Below, piece after piece: positions 24,569 to 37,316 of a stretch of DNA of 64,000 bases. Below the pieces are notes generated by a model. The model saw only the letters and a list, made by a program, of their open reading frames with translations, was not told where the DNA came from and did no database searches. Origin of the DNA: Vitrella brassicaformis CCMP3155 (lineage: Eukaryota; Protista; Chromerida). Position numbers and translations under genes: made by a program. How positions within the stretch are numbered: position 1 is the first letter of the stretch; every line of letters starts with the position of its first letter. The stretch spans positions 5,742 to 69,741 of the forward strand of contig CDMY01000472.1 of the NCBI GenBank assembly GCA_001179505.1. Reading direction: 5' to 3'.

Positions 24569-25489
24569 TCACTCGAGCCCACAGAGGTTCAGGTCAATGT
24601 CGGCCATCTTTGAGTCGATCTTCTTGTCGATTCGTCTCTTCCGCCTCTCCAGGAAGGCATCGATGCCCTCCGTCTCCTTGAGCGACACCCTGTCCAGCGC
24701 CTTGGCGTTCCCCTGCAGCCACAGCTCGTTCAGCCGGCTGTCCCGCAGCACCTCGGGCGGCACACTCGCGATCTTGTTGTGGCTGACATCCAACTTGACC
24801 AGCCGGGCCATCTCGCTGAAGGCCACAGGCAGCCTCCTGAGAGCATTGTGCGAGAGATTCAGCCGCATCAGAGCGGGCATAGAGAAGAAAGAGGGGTAGG
24901 GGAGAGCGTCCTCGGTCAGCCGATTGTGCGATAGATCCAGGTCCTCCAGGGCAGCGAGTGCGTCGATCCCACTCGGGAGGGAGTCTATAAGGTTGTGTGA
25001 CGCGTTGAGGTCTCTCAGCTTCGTCAGGGCGCATATCGACTCGGGCAAAGCTGTGAGCCGGTTGCTGCTGATGTTGAGGTGCAAGAGGCTCGGCAATAGC
25101 ATAGAGGCCGACGGCAGCTCGTGCAGGCTGTTCCGGTGCAGATTGAGCTTCTGCAGCTTCCCCATGTGTGTGAAGAGCCAGGCTGGCACCGACGTGAGCC
25201 GGTTGGACGAGAGGTCGGCGTGCCGCAAACCCGTCAGCTGCTCAACTGCTATGGGCACGGCCGTCAATGACATATCCTGCAGCAACCAGAGAGAAACGCA
25301 TCCACTCATAGCAGAGAACTGAGAGCCCCGCTCTCTCACCATGAGTGCGAGCACTCCGGATGCCTCTGCCCTCTTGATCACGGCCGATGCCGTCCGCCCC
25401 TTTCTGGCCCTCACTGGCGGTGCGCCTCTCTCACCGGCAGCATCGGCAGCGACAAGGGCACTGTCGTCGGTGGAGCAGCTGCAACCCAT
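24569..25489 (-). CDS. LRRC57: Leucine-rich repeat protein, LRRC57-like, with an N-terminal MGCSCS acylation motif
   Basis: About seven LxxLxLxxN repeats, N-terminal KRAEASGVLAL|DMSLTAVP, and C-terminal EVLRDSRLNELWLQGN...EGIDAFLERRK match the LRRC57 architecture as I recall it. There is an in-frame 63-nt GT-AG intron at 25277-25339. Confidence 0.75.
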   Translation of the reverse strand: MGCSCSTDDSALVAADAAGERGAPPVRARKGRTASAVIKRAEASGVLALMVRERGSQFSAMSGCVSLWLLQDMSLTAVPIAVEQLTGLRHADLSSNRLTSVPAWLFTHMGKLQKLNLHRNSLHELPSASMLLPSLLHLNISSNRLTALPESICALTKLRDLNASHNLIDSLPSGIDALAALEDLDLSHNRLTEDALPYPSFFSMPALMRLNLSHNALRRLPVAFSEMARLVKLDVSHNKIASVPPEVLRDSRLNELWLQGNAKALDRVSLKETEGIDAFLERRKRRIDKKIDSKMADIDLNLCGLE

Positions 25490-25717
25490 TGGTGCCGCTC
25501 GATGAAAGGACAGCTGGATCTCTCTGACCAAGCTGAGATCTCCAACGGCCTCTGCTCAGTCTCCGACTGCTTCTGCCTCCGGAATGGGGAAAAACAGTCA
25601 AGCTCGCAATTGAACATCAGTCAAGCTTGCAGGAGATGATGATGAAGCGGGAAAAGCGGTAGATGACCGCATCGAGGACGGTGCTAGCTGCATCTGACGA
25701 TAGTTGTGCCGTTAAAG

Positions 25718-28700
25718 ATGCTGCTGCGGTCGCTGACGGCGCTCATTGCATTGGGAGGGGTAGTGGCAGCGGCGGCGGGTGATGATGTGATCAACGTGAC
25801 GTCGCTGCTGCATGGCGCATCGCAGTCGCTGCAAGTGGCCGTTCACGCCGGGCAGACCAGGTGCGGGCGGGACACAGACTCAACCACCCACCCGACACAT
25901 GGATCCCTCCCTCGGTGATCTGATCTGGTCATTGACGGCGTGTGTTGGTTTTGATGTGTGTGGTGTGGCTGCAGCTACATCCGGTTGGAAGGCATCGAGG
26001 AGAAGAACCATGACGACCACGGTGAGATAGAGAATCGTTCGTTGGCAGCATGGCCTTCCTTCTCAGTGGAATACATGGAGTCTTGTGTATCGATCGTATG
26101 TATGGTTATGATGCGCTGCAGGTACTGTGCGTGTGGTGCTTTCGGGCGGCATGCCATTCGTGTCGGTGCTGGGCGTCGGGTACACACCTAACATGTCGAC
26201 ATACGGTAGGAACACGGACAGCACACAAGACACCACGCACCCATACCATAGACAGACACCACAAAGAGTCAGTCAACGTTAAGCGTTCGTTGTGTCCGCT
26301 CCGTTCTGGCGCACCGCCCAGATCGGTCCAACTACTGCGACTGGGTCCAGCGGCAGCACCAGACCACCATCGACGTCTCCATGCCCATAAAGCCGCTCTC
26401 GCCCCCGCCCTTCGTGCCCTTCCCCTTCACCGATCCCTGCGGTGTCTTCGCCTTTCGCCAGTGCATCGTGTCAGAGCCGCAGCTGGGCGACTGTGTGGCG
26501 GCATCCCTCAAGGGCACACTGCATGCCGGTTTCAAGCCGCCACCCGATTTGCACCAACAGCAGCAGCAGCAGCAGCAGCATGGCAATAAGTCCCACCACC
26601 GCGGTGATGACAAGAAAGGCCGTCTGCAGGGGTCTAGCGGAGGTGGGTGAGAGTGGCCGGGAAAGGTCGGTCGGTCATGCCGTCATCGCGATCCATCATC
26701 GACTGTCTGTCTGTCTGTCTGTCTGTGATCAGTTGGCAAAGCGGTCGAGCGTTGCGTGCAGCAGCATGCGACTGCCTGCATCGACCGAGCAGAGGGGCGC
26801 CGTTTCCAGCTCAGGTCCAGCAGCCCCGAGTGTGTCAAGCAGTTCGTGCTAACTTTGACGCCGACAGTGCCCATCAAGCCGCACACTACCGACCAAGAGC
26901 AGCAGCAGCAGCCCGCCAATGACACCAAGAGGGCCGCATGCGCCGCATTTGGTAGGGTATGGTGGCCAGTCAGAGAGAGAGGGGGAGAGAGGGAGAGAGC
27001 GGCCGTGTGTTTGTGTGATTGTGCCTACGTGTGTGTGTTTCTCTCGGTTATCTAGAGTCGGACTATGCCATGTGTCTGGTGCGGGGTCACTTTGCGACGG
27101 AGTACGCGAGCGACTTTCTCGACACAGACGACGTTGCCGAGACCTACATGGACTGCACCACACGCATGATCGACCAACACAAACAGGTGACTGACAGTGA
27201 GGCAACCAACCCAACACAAAACACGAGGCACCACACACACCACACACCCAAGCGTCGGTCGCATCATGGCCATGTGGGTGTGGGTGTGTGTGGTGGTGTG
27301 CAGGCCCTTCGCAATGCGACAGCCGGCAACAATCGCACCATCGAGGAGGCCGCTAGGGGCCTCACTGCCTCCGTGCTGAGTCGCATCGCGTCCGTGTGTG
27401 CCGGCCAGCGCGCATCCGACTGCCTCAAGCACCCACACACGCCAACACATGACGACCAGGAGGAGGGCACTGCGACTCCACCCCCTCTCCCATCTCACAA
27501 CCAGACCGCCCCCCCGGCCCCCTCAGCGTCGTGTCTGATGCACACCTTCAGGAACATGCGATTCAGGCCACCCCTGCTCGACGAGCACCCAACTGTCGAG
27601 ACCACCAGCGGCAGCAGCAGCAGCAGCAGCAGCGCAACTATTGGCCTTCTTCTTAAGCATGGGGACCTGCAGAGCGGATCGGTGTTCGTGTCATGTGTCG
27701 CCACCTGGCTCAACGGTCATCATGGAGGCGGGGGTGATGACATTGCCATTGACACTGATGACATCGGTGCGTCTCGCGAGTCGGCATGCCACACGCTGGA
27801 CGGCTTCATCCCTCTGGGCGCCTTGGCGGCGTCCGAGCCCTCCGCCCCCTCTGCGCAGGCCGTCTCCGACCTGGAGGTCTACCCCTGGTCGGTGGACTCT
27901 GACGACATCGGCAATGCCAGGATGCTCATACGGCTTCGCCAGTCGCTGCCGACGCTGCTGCATCTCTACGCGGCAGACACTGAAACCGATGAGGACTATG
28001 AGAGCCGGGGAGAAGACGACACGACACGGCCTCTCATATCGACGGACCATCGGCAGCTGGCCATGAGATCCACCAACAGCCACCAACCTCCTCGACTAAG
28101 GGCGCCCCTTCTCGCGTTGACGAAGCTGCCCCCGGGCACCGTGGTTCTCACGTGCCGTGGCAGCGAGGCCACCACCCTGCTGGCCTTCGACCAGACGCCC
28201 CTGGAGCGCTATCAAAGGGCCGGAGAAGAGGAAGACTCAATCTTTTTGGTGGCCCCGCCCCTGGCCGATCTGGCGGGCGACAGTGTGTGGTATGCCATTG
28301 TGGCGCCTGAGGACACGGAGGGCGTGACGGTGACACTCATGAAGGAGAGGCCGGCGCATAGCGTCCCGGAGCCGCCACAGCCATATAATGGGCCGCCACA
28401 GCCAGCAGGGCCATCGCATACGAACGTGCCCCACGGGGCCCCTGTGCGCGAGCACCCGCCGTGGGAGACACAGGGGGTCAGCAAACAAACACACACTTCG
28501 ACGATGAGTGACCACCACGATTCATCTTTCTGTGTGTGTGTGTGTGTGTGCTGGCAGGAGTCGATAGGGAGCACGATCCTGCACGTGTTTCGCGGCATCT
28601 TGGTGGCGGCAGGCATTCTACTGCTGGCGGCCTTTCTCGGCCTGGCCATCTTCGCCATATGGACCAACTTCCAGGACACAAGTAACATCCATCACATACG

Positions 28701-29468
28701 GCAACGCAAGACACGACACGGGCACATTCCATGTGTGTGTGTCGTTTCTCTGATCCATTAAATATTCCCTCAGCACCACTAGATTACTACCACAGCGACC
28801 CGGAGGGCTTGGGCGCCAGCATGGACCACAACATGCACTCGTCGTCCCTCAACGGCACCCAATACACATCATCACACCCAACAGGGCCGGTAGTGCGGTG
28901 GCTGCGCAACCGACAAGACGACCTCCGCGACTTCTGCCAGGACCTGCCATCCCGGTCGTCGATCGCCATGCGGGCGCTCCGCGAGAGCGTCATCGAGCCG
29001 GAGGTGGCCGGCAGCGATGATGAGCGCACGCGGCTCAAGGGCGGCCTGGCCACGCGGAGGGCGGTGGGGTGGGACAGATACGCCTTCAAGAGCCACAGGT
29101 GCAACTGGGGAGACGATGAGGACATATGGCGGGTGGAGGAGGGAGGCATGGGCCAGCATGACATGGATGCGGATGGTCATGGTGACGGCCATCATGACGA
29201 CATTGACTACGACGACGACAGCCAGATCGAGATGACCACCGGCGGCAGGCGGCAGCAGAGGGACGCCTCCTATGCGCCCGTGTCCATGACGGACGAGGAG
29301 CCCAGTGGGGGGAGACAGGGGGCGTCGGACATTGGGGGTGAGGGGGGCAGGCGTAAGGGCAACAGCCGGCAGGTGCCAAACAGCAGCAATAGGAGTGCGT
29401 ATGCGGTCGAGTACAACACATCGGCCGCCACGCGGACTCACACAAACACGTCGGACAATGCGAATTAG
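25718..29468 (+). CDS. Large single-pass (type I-like) membrane protein: signal peptide, Cys-containing ectodomain, one transmembrane helix, acidic cytoplasmic tail
   Basis: Signal-like MLLRSLTALIALGGVVAAAAG. Multiple GT-AG exons carry spaced Cys (DPCGVFAFRQC...GDC, ACID...PECVK, AMCLVR...MDCT). A hydrophobic segment GILVAAGILLLAAFLGLAIFAIW is present, and the last exon ends in TAG at 29468. Confidence 0.65.
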
Positions 29469-30253
29469 CTCTCTGTATGGTATGGTCCACACGTCTATAT
29501 GGCGGATGGCGTGGTGCATGTGGGTGTGGCGTGTGACTGCACGTTGCACGTTTCTTGCTTGCGTGTGGTGGGTGACTACCGGTAGATGTGCACTCGCTGC
29601 GTACCTTACCACCTTTTGTGATTGATGGGTTTGTCCACTTGTGTGACCGACACACACAGATTCACTTTATGGATCGATCATCCAATGATCGAATGGATTC
29701 GAGACAAGTCACGCATCTGAGGGCTGGCCGTCTCCACCCTTACACACGGCCACACACCCGTAGCTACGTCGAAAGAGCCATCGAACCGCCCAGCCTCTGA
29801 CCCCTCTCAAGCAAAGACGTCGATATGTACACAAAAACTCGCGGGTCATATGACATACTACAAGAGCTCCTGAGGCAGCGAAGCTGCTTAGTTGATGTCT
29901 ACGTCTCCATCAGTCGAAACAAACCTCCAATACAGACAGACAGCACACCCACTGCATCCACCGCAACAATGGGCACCTGAATTCACACAAACACACAGAC
30001 GGATGACCAGCCAGCCAGCCGTCCAGCCAGGGGCAGCCCAGTTCTGTCTTTGCGAGTGTGTCGGTCACCCATGGAAACTGCCATCTAGTAGTATACAGGC
30101 CCAAAGAGGGGGAGGCCGAGGAATCGGGGAGTCCGACGCCTGTTACCTAAAGGCGTGGCACACACATCCATGCAGCCGTGGGCGGGTCAGCAAGCGATGC
30201 ACTCCTCCCCCCCTCCCCGCTCTGGCTGCCTTGCTCCTCCATCGCTCACTCGT

Positions 30254-30856
30254 TCACTCACTCGGCGGCCGTTGGACGATAAGGCGGATGGGCTCGAAGG
30301 AGCTGTCGCCCTTGCCGGCGAACGCCTCGCCCACGGGAAGGCCAAGGTCGACGGTGCGCTCCTCGAGACTGTAGGATGCATTGCCCATGTAGTTGACCGG
30401 GTAGAAGGGGTGCTTCTGGACCATATCCGTGGCGAAGATATAGCCGGGTGTCCCGGCTGTCACACAGATGGGAAATGGTCCTGCGATGATGCTGCCGCCC
30501 TCCACTAGCTCCACCCATTTCTCGATCACCTGTCGTGAGCTGCGAGGGCTGGCCGTCGGAGCCTTGGGGGAGGCACCGAGGGCCTTGTGAGTGGCAAAGG
30601 GGCGGCGGGCGAGAGTGGCGAGTGGGAGCGGCCGCGACGCAGTGAAGGGGGCGGGGCCGATGAACAATGATGGATCACCAGACGGCTGCACACACACACA
30701 CAGAGAGAGAGAGATTGATGTCGGTGTGTGTGCACTCTGCCTGTTTGTGTGCGGCCGGCGCTTCCGACAAACTGACCTGTGTGCTGGTTTGCAGGCATCC
30801 ACACGTGAGCCAAACAGGAGGGCCAAGAAGCAGCAGCAGCTCAGCAGGGAACCCAT
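30254..30856 (-). CDS. Small hypothetical protein with signal peptide and transit-peptide-like region (candidate plastid-targeted)
   Basis: ATG at 30856 (MGSLLSCCCFLALLFGSRVDA), then an intron with a CA/GA tract. An Ala/Ser/Pro/Arg-rich, nearly acid-free stretch precedes a compact domain of about 90 aa (QVIEKWVELVEGG...). Confidence 0.55.
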   Translation of the reverse strand: MGSLLSCCCFLALLFGSRVDACKPAHRSVCRKRRPHTNRQSAHTPTSISLSLCVCVQPSGDPSLFIGPAPFTASRPLPLATLARRPFATHKALGASPKAPTASPRSSRQVIEKWVELVEGGSIIAGPFPICVTAGTPGYIFATDMVQKHPFYPVNYMGNASYSLEERTVDLGLPVGEAFAGKGDSSFEPIRLIVQRPPSE

Positions 30857-31055
30857 CGAGAAAGATCTCAACGCGATTTCGCTGGCATCGCTGCCCTGCC
30901 CGTCGATGAACAGAATAAGCTCGTCGTAGATAGCAGATCTCAACCCCATACCGCTGACTCCCTTCACTGTCGCTGCGTGTACGGTATTGGGTTTTGTGGG
31001 TCTAGGGTTTCACTTTGGCGAGCTTGCAGAGATCTGACCCCTTCTGGCGTAGCTC

Positions 31056-33726
31056 ATGGCGTTCGGGCTGTTGGTCGGCGAGGCCTTGGTGGCGGGAGGC
31101 ATCCTCGCGGCCTCGTTTGTGCCGGAGAAGACGTGGCGGAGGCTCAAGGAGAGGCTGGGCCTCCTGTGGCGGGGTAAGCCCTCACTCACGTTCGTCCACA
31201 GGGCAGGGCGTGTACGCATGTGGTCGCTGGCTTGGAAGTACGTATGTGTGATTGTTTGTCAAATGCCCCCCCCCCCCCCCCCCCNNNNNNNNNNNNNNNN
31301 NNNNNNNNNNNNNNNNNNNNNNNNNNNNNNNNNNNNNNNNNNNNNNNNNNNNNNNNNNNNNNNNNNNNNNNNNNNNNNNNNNNNNNNNNNNNNNNNNNNN
31401 NNNNNNNNNNNNNNNNNNNNNNNNNNNNNNNNNNNNNNNNNNNNNNNNNNNNNNNNNNNNNNNNNNNNNNNNNNNNNNNNNNNNNNNNNNNNNNNNNNNN
31501 NNNNNNNNNNNNNNNNNNNNNNNNNNNNNNNNNNNNNNNNNNNNNNNNNNNNNNNNNNNNNNNNNNNNNNNNNNNNNNNNNNNNCCCCCCCCCCCCCCCT
31601 CAGGCCTGCCCGAGAAGGTGGACAAGGAATGCCAATGCCCTGACGTCGCACGACGTCATTCCTTCCCATCGTCTCGGGGGAGCCCCACTGGGCAGGTCAG
31701 GGCGGCTCCGGCGGTGATGCAAGACGGAAACACCCAGACAGGTGGGCGAGCGGGTGGTATTCTCAAGCCGAGTGAACACACGAACTCCCACATGTGGTTG
31801 GTGTCCATGTGTGTGTGCTTTATAAAATAGAGGGAGATGCCGTCGTGTCGGGACACCAAGGGGTGACAGCCGCCGGGAAGAAGAGGCTCGCGCGCCTTAT
31901 GATTCAAAGGCTCAGGCAGGTCAGTCCGTGGGTGCACTTATGAAAAATACAGTTACCGGATAAATGCCCAGTATCTGTGTGGCTGCCTTTCTCTGCCTGT
32001 GTCAGGAGGTCCGCGATGTCAGCAATTCTGTCGGTGTGTCGCGTTCCCGGCGACCCCCAGCCCCTGAGCACCAGCAGCAACACCCGGGCCGTGGCGGACC
32101 CATCAGCCCAGCAGGTGAGCCAGCCGCGACCGACCCTTTACCCAAATCATTGTCATGTTGGTGGCATCCATGTGTTGCTGCAGGCTCAGACACCAGCAGT
32201 GATCAGGGGCCTTCGGCTAGCGTACAACCGCCGCCCACTCAGCCTCTTGCCAACACACTCTCATCAGCGTTTCGCGACAAGTTTGCTGCCACCGTGGGTC
32301 CCCCCTCACTCATGTCGCCCCTGCGCGGCGGCGTCACGCCTACCGGCCATCGTGCTGCTCACATGGAGGCGGCTCACCAGCCACAAGCCCAGCCGAAGAT
32401 CCTACGTTCAACACAGGCGGCAGCGGCGGCTGGCAGTGGAGATTCTGGGACGCCTGAGTTGCCGCTGCGACGGGGGTGGGATGCAGGGGGGCTGAGGACA
32501 CCCAGCAGTGGGGGGAGTGAGCATGGCGGCACGTATATGCCACCTCCGCCGATCCCAAAGGTAGGGATCATGCCGAGTGGCCACAGTGCTGATCCCTACG
32601 GCAAGTTTCACGTCCAGCCGGAGATCGCGGCAGCTGCCGCGGCGGCCAGCAGTGGGGACACGGGCAGGTCCTTCTTCGTCCCGAGACGTGGGTGGGACGG
32701 AGGGGGGCTGAGGACCCCCAGCAGCGGGGGTGCATCCGAGTTTGAGGCCGATGGCGCAGGTAGGTAGGATGGATACAGAATGAGAGGGCGGGGAGGGGTA
32801 CGTACACACCGCTTCTTTTCTCTTGTGTGTGTGTATGCTGGCAGGCACGCGTGGTGGTGCGGCTGGTGCTGACAGCCTCGGGCTGGGGCTTGGTGGGCTG
32901 CCACCCTGGCGTCATCCACAGGAATATCGCCCACCACAACCCTCCCTCGGCCGCATCGTCCACCGAGGTGGCAGCTCAGGCTTCGACCCACAGCGAGTCT
33001 TTTGGAAACCTCCCAGGACCACCAGCAGCAGGAAGAGTGGCGGGGGGGCAACGAGCTGACTCTCGCCAGTCGGCCAGAGGAGTATGCATCAGCAGCTGCC
33101 GCAAGTGGGTCGGGAAGGTTGTTCCGCTTTGACAGCGGTGAGTGAGTCAGTCAGTCACAGCGGGGTTACTCGGTCGTGGAGGAAGATGGGAGGTATGAAT
33201 GTATATTGATTGTGTGTTGTCTGGTGTGGTGTCGTGTTATGTATGGCGCCTCAGGTGAGGGTCGTCAGCACAGCAGCAGCAGCGGTCAGGGAAGCGTGCT
33301 CGGCAGCCACGAGCTGAGCTCTCGTGAGAGCGGGCCACAGCCAAGTCGGGGGCCCTTACGATCTCCACTAGGCGTTCAGCTGATCGATGACGACGGAGAG
33401 ATTCACAGCGGTGAGTGAGTCACTCAGCCACAACGGGGTCAGTCAGATGGGGAGAGAGAGATACCTCCAGTCGCAGGTCATGTTATGACACTTCAGGTGG
33501 CCCCACCGTGTCTGATGACGACAGCGATGGCGGAGAGATCATGATATGGAAGAGGCCAGAGGTTGACGCCAGACATTCGGAGCAGCAGCAGGAGGAAAGC
33601 GATGACAGCAACACGAGCGTCATCCCGCAGGCCAGCCAGCAGCAGCAGACGGTTGGTGTGGGAACGGCCGTGGGGCAAGCTGCGGTGCGACGTGAGAAGG
33701 TTGTCCCAAGAAGGGGGTCGAGGTGA
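31056..33726 (+). CDS. Hypothetical protein with an N-terminal signal-anchor-like segment and a disordered repeat-containing C-terminus; interrupted by an assembly gap
   Basis: MAFGLLVGEALVAGGILAASFVPEKTWRRLKERLG is followed by a GTAAG donor. Downstream GT-AG exons include the 31996-32760 segment. Linkage across the gap is inferred. Confidence 0.45.
31285..31584. other. Assembly gap (300 N) flanked by poly-C
   Basis: Run of N with C homopolymers on both sides. Confidence 1.
32468..32730 (+). repeat. Two copies, 216 bp apart, of a coding motif RRGWDxGGLRTPSSGG
   Basis: GGGGGGCTGAGGAC(A/C)CCCAGCAG(T/C)GGGGG occurs at about 32486 and 32702. Confidence 0.85.
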
Positions 33727-36700
33727 GGGAGCGATGGATGGATGGATGGGGAGCTTCGTTGATACTCAAGAAAGAGACTTTGCTTTGGGGCGTTGGTGGG
33801 GTGAGGGCTGGCTGTGACTTGCTGCTGGACTGTTCTGGTGTGTATGTCCTATTTTCAGCTGACCTAAGTGACTGCAGTGGTGTTAGCATGTGGCCTGACT
33901 GTTGCTGAGGAAGGGCATTGGGCGCAGTGAGGGTTACATGGACGCTGTGCATGCACCTGCGTCTTGAAGGGAGCGGGTGTATGCGACGGGTGGGTGGGTG
34001 TCTGGCTGCAATTGAGACATTGCTTGCAGGGGAGGGAGGACTGAGGACTTGATGGTATGTGGGATAGACATGTCAGGTGCCTGTGCGTTGGGTCAGTAAG
34101 GCTGGCTGCTGGAATCTCGTGCATTTGTCCCGTCTTAGTCAAAAATCCTCATGACATTACCACACATGTCCTGTGACTCATACCACTTAACAACGCTACG
34201 GCAAATGTGCGTCAGATCGGTGGTGGTGCAGGCTAAGATTGTCCGGATCTGTTTCCAGCTCGCCCAATTGCCAAGCTCGCAGGGGGCAACCGGAGGAGGA
34301 AGAGAAGGGCAGGAGATGCAAGCAACAATGCATTCACCGTGGCTGCCTTCCTTCTTCTTTACTGTCGTGCAGGTCGTCTTTAAAAGAAAGAAAGAAAGAA
34401 AGAAAGAAGAGTATGGGCGCGTGATAGACGCCTCCCCCGAAGCCATACATACGGCGGTGCATGACTCGCTTCCTACCCCTTGACGGGCCCACTCGTCAGG
34501 CACAGCGATGGATGCATCGATGGGCTTACAATGTGAGGTCGGTGGCGAACGCGCGGATGGCTTGGGTTGGTCAATCAGTTACTGGATGGCTTCTTGGGAG
34601 CGGCGAAAGGACGACCATGCACACGTTGACACCCACCCCTCATGTGAGCACACAAAACGCAGGACAGCCGTGCACGTCATCTGATGACTTTTGTGATCGC
34701 ATGAGTGTCCGTTACTTCTTGCAGGGCCGGCAGGCAGTGCGTTAGGACTGGTGGTTCTGTCCTGTGTCGGCCGATGTCAATAAGTTGACGCACAAGAACC
34801 AGAATGGACGAGTAACCAAGCACCCCCCACACAAGCCGATTGTAGACACCTATCCCTCTCTCTTTGTCTGTCAGGAGAGGCGTGCGGCCCATGCGAGCGG
34901 TGCTGGTGCTCACAAGACAGTCATCATATCCCCAGTGTATTTGCTGAGGAGGCCCGCTGGTCTCGTGTGGCCTCCTTCCTGGTGGCTCTTGGTCCGTCTA
35001 TGACGCTATCGACCAAGCCGGCATGACATCACCCAAATGGGTACGAACACACAGATACCTACATTACCAGCCAGTGTTCGCTTCCTTCCATCTCCATCTT
35101 TGGTGTAGGGCATATGTATGGTACATGCACTGAGAAGGAGACCCACCGATGTCGCTGCTCTCAGGTAATCAACAAACTTGACACGCACGTGAACCGTTCC
35201 GGATAGCCGGAGAGCTTTGTCTCCTGTCTGTGTGTCAGTCGGCTATCGAGGATGGGGAGCGCCGGTCGGTCCGTGCGGCTTCTTTCTGGCGCCTTGTGAT
35301 CGAAGTTACCCAATCGATTGAGCCAATGTAGCCTCACCACAATGGGTACAGACACAAGTGGGGCTCGGCAGCCGGTCATCACTGACTTAAATTTCATCTT
35401 TCGTGCAGGGCATATGGGTGGTTTCATGAGAGAGAGAAGGGCGTGGATGTCACTGCTCCCACTGCTCTTCTGTCGTGGCTTTTGGCGGCTAATCTCTCTG
35501 CCTGGCGCCGGCCATGCCATCGCTGTGTGCCAGGCGTTGAGTAGGCAGGATCGGTGCATGTGTGTCTGGGCTGCTGATGTCAGTGAAGCGATGGGATTTT
35601 GGAGGGCAGCCCACGGAGCCATGAAGTGGGTCCACTCAGTGCCAATGAAGGTGAAGAACATCTCACCAAACACACCACTCATGCAAACCACGGCGTGAAA
35701 TCATCCCATTGCAAAGGTCAACAAGAAAGGCAAGCCGTTTCGGTCCATGCTGGCTGGTCAAGAGCTTTTGAGCCTCGCTGAGGATCCACTAGAGGGCAAA
35801 TAAAGGCTGCTCTGCACGCATCTCGCGCGTCAGACCTCCATCCAGCCAACCGGCAAAGGAGAAAAGTGAGCGGGATGGAGCAATCTGGCCTCACCTGCGG
35901 CAGCAGCCATCGTCTCTGCCTCTGTCTGCCTTTAATGGCTTCTTATTGTCCGCAGAAAACGAAATCCAGATGTGGCGAGATTTTCGCGAGCTTGAGACGC
36001 CTGAGACGCCCCTGAACTTTTTGCAACAAAGTTTCACATTTTTCGCCCGGGTTGGGCTTTCCAGCCTCATTTCGGCCACAGATCCTCCAGCTATTCATCT
36101 TTTCGGCTGCTTTTTGGCTTGTGTTGTCCGCCCCATCCCCCTCTACCCCTCCCAACTCGTCCCGATTTTTCCGCCACTTTTTTCCTCCACCGCCGTGCCC
36201 CGGGAGAGGCGTCGTTTGGTGGTGCGCTGCCTTCTGCAGAGCGGCTGGCGACTGGCTTGCGCCTGCCGAGTGCGCATGTGCCTTCTTTCCGCACAAACCG
36301 ATCTCCAACAGGCGAGTACATATAAGTGTGGCCTCGTGCGTCACGTCTCTTGGGTGTCGTGATGGTGTGGTGTTTGGACGAAGTGCAGGGATGACTGCAT
36401 GGAGCATCTCGTTGCCATGGGTGTCCTCAGATGCCTCAACTTGTCATGCCTGTGTGCGCAGATGAGATGGTGATTTCTTTTTCTCGTTCCCGTCTCATTT
36501 TCTCGACACATTCCTCTGAAGGTTGGAAAGTGCCTCACTGAGTCTGGTCCACGTCAATGCCCTTGTCTGCTGCCTTTCAGAAATGCGGTCCTTTGGACCG
36601 ACGAGAAAAGAGACAGATTTGAACAATTAATTACCAGATTCCGGCTGGGAAGTTTTCACTTCCACGACAACAACAAGCCCAATCAGGAGACATGCACATG

Positions 36701-37316
36701 AGGTGCACAAGGGTACCCGCGTACAGTGCACTGTGTCAGAAATTCAGAATGCTCACTGCTTTGATGAGCAGAAAAAGGAGCTGTGCTTTCAGACAAATGC
36801 GGAGCTTCTGAGTAGCCAGTCGCTTCATTCGCCCTGTCACCAAGGGCTCTTCATCCCTTTTGCCTTCTTTTTCAGCTCAGCGAGAAAAGTCTTGGCTGCA
36901 TGTTCTTCTTTCCCTTTCCCGGCGGCCGAGAAGGCACGTAAGTAAGGCAGAAAGCACGTAATTGCTCATATCTCCTCCGTGTTGCCAGACGTTAATAACG
37001 AATGCGTGTATGGTGTGTGCCTCCAGATACGAGAAACTGAGGATGCTGGAGGCCGCCGTGGAGAGCGACTGCTGCCGCGGGTAAGAAGGGGCTGCGCTAG
37101 AGAAGCGTTCGTAAGTCGGAATGAGACACAGAAAACGAACAGGCAAATAGAAAGGCAGAAGGACAAGATTGTCCTTCTGCAGACTGCGAATCGTCCTTGC
37201 TGCCGGAGATTTGAGCGATCACCCGTGCAACCTTTCTTCGATGGATTCCGGGAGAAGTGGGGGGGAAGTCCGTCGTGGTTCCGCGCAGAGGGGGTGCTCG
37301 AGGAGGTGGTAGGATC

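Noticed and set aside
34700-35800. Possible decayed gene or transposon remnant (exon-like pieces such as YGWFHEREKGVDVTAPTALLSWLLAANL)
   Set aside because: The pieces have stops, cannot be joined and match no motif I know. A TBLASTX search would be needed.
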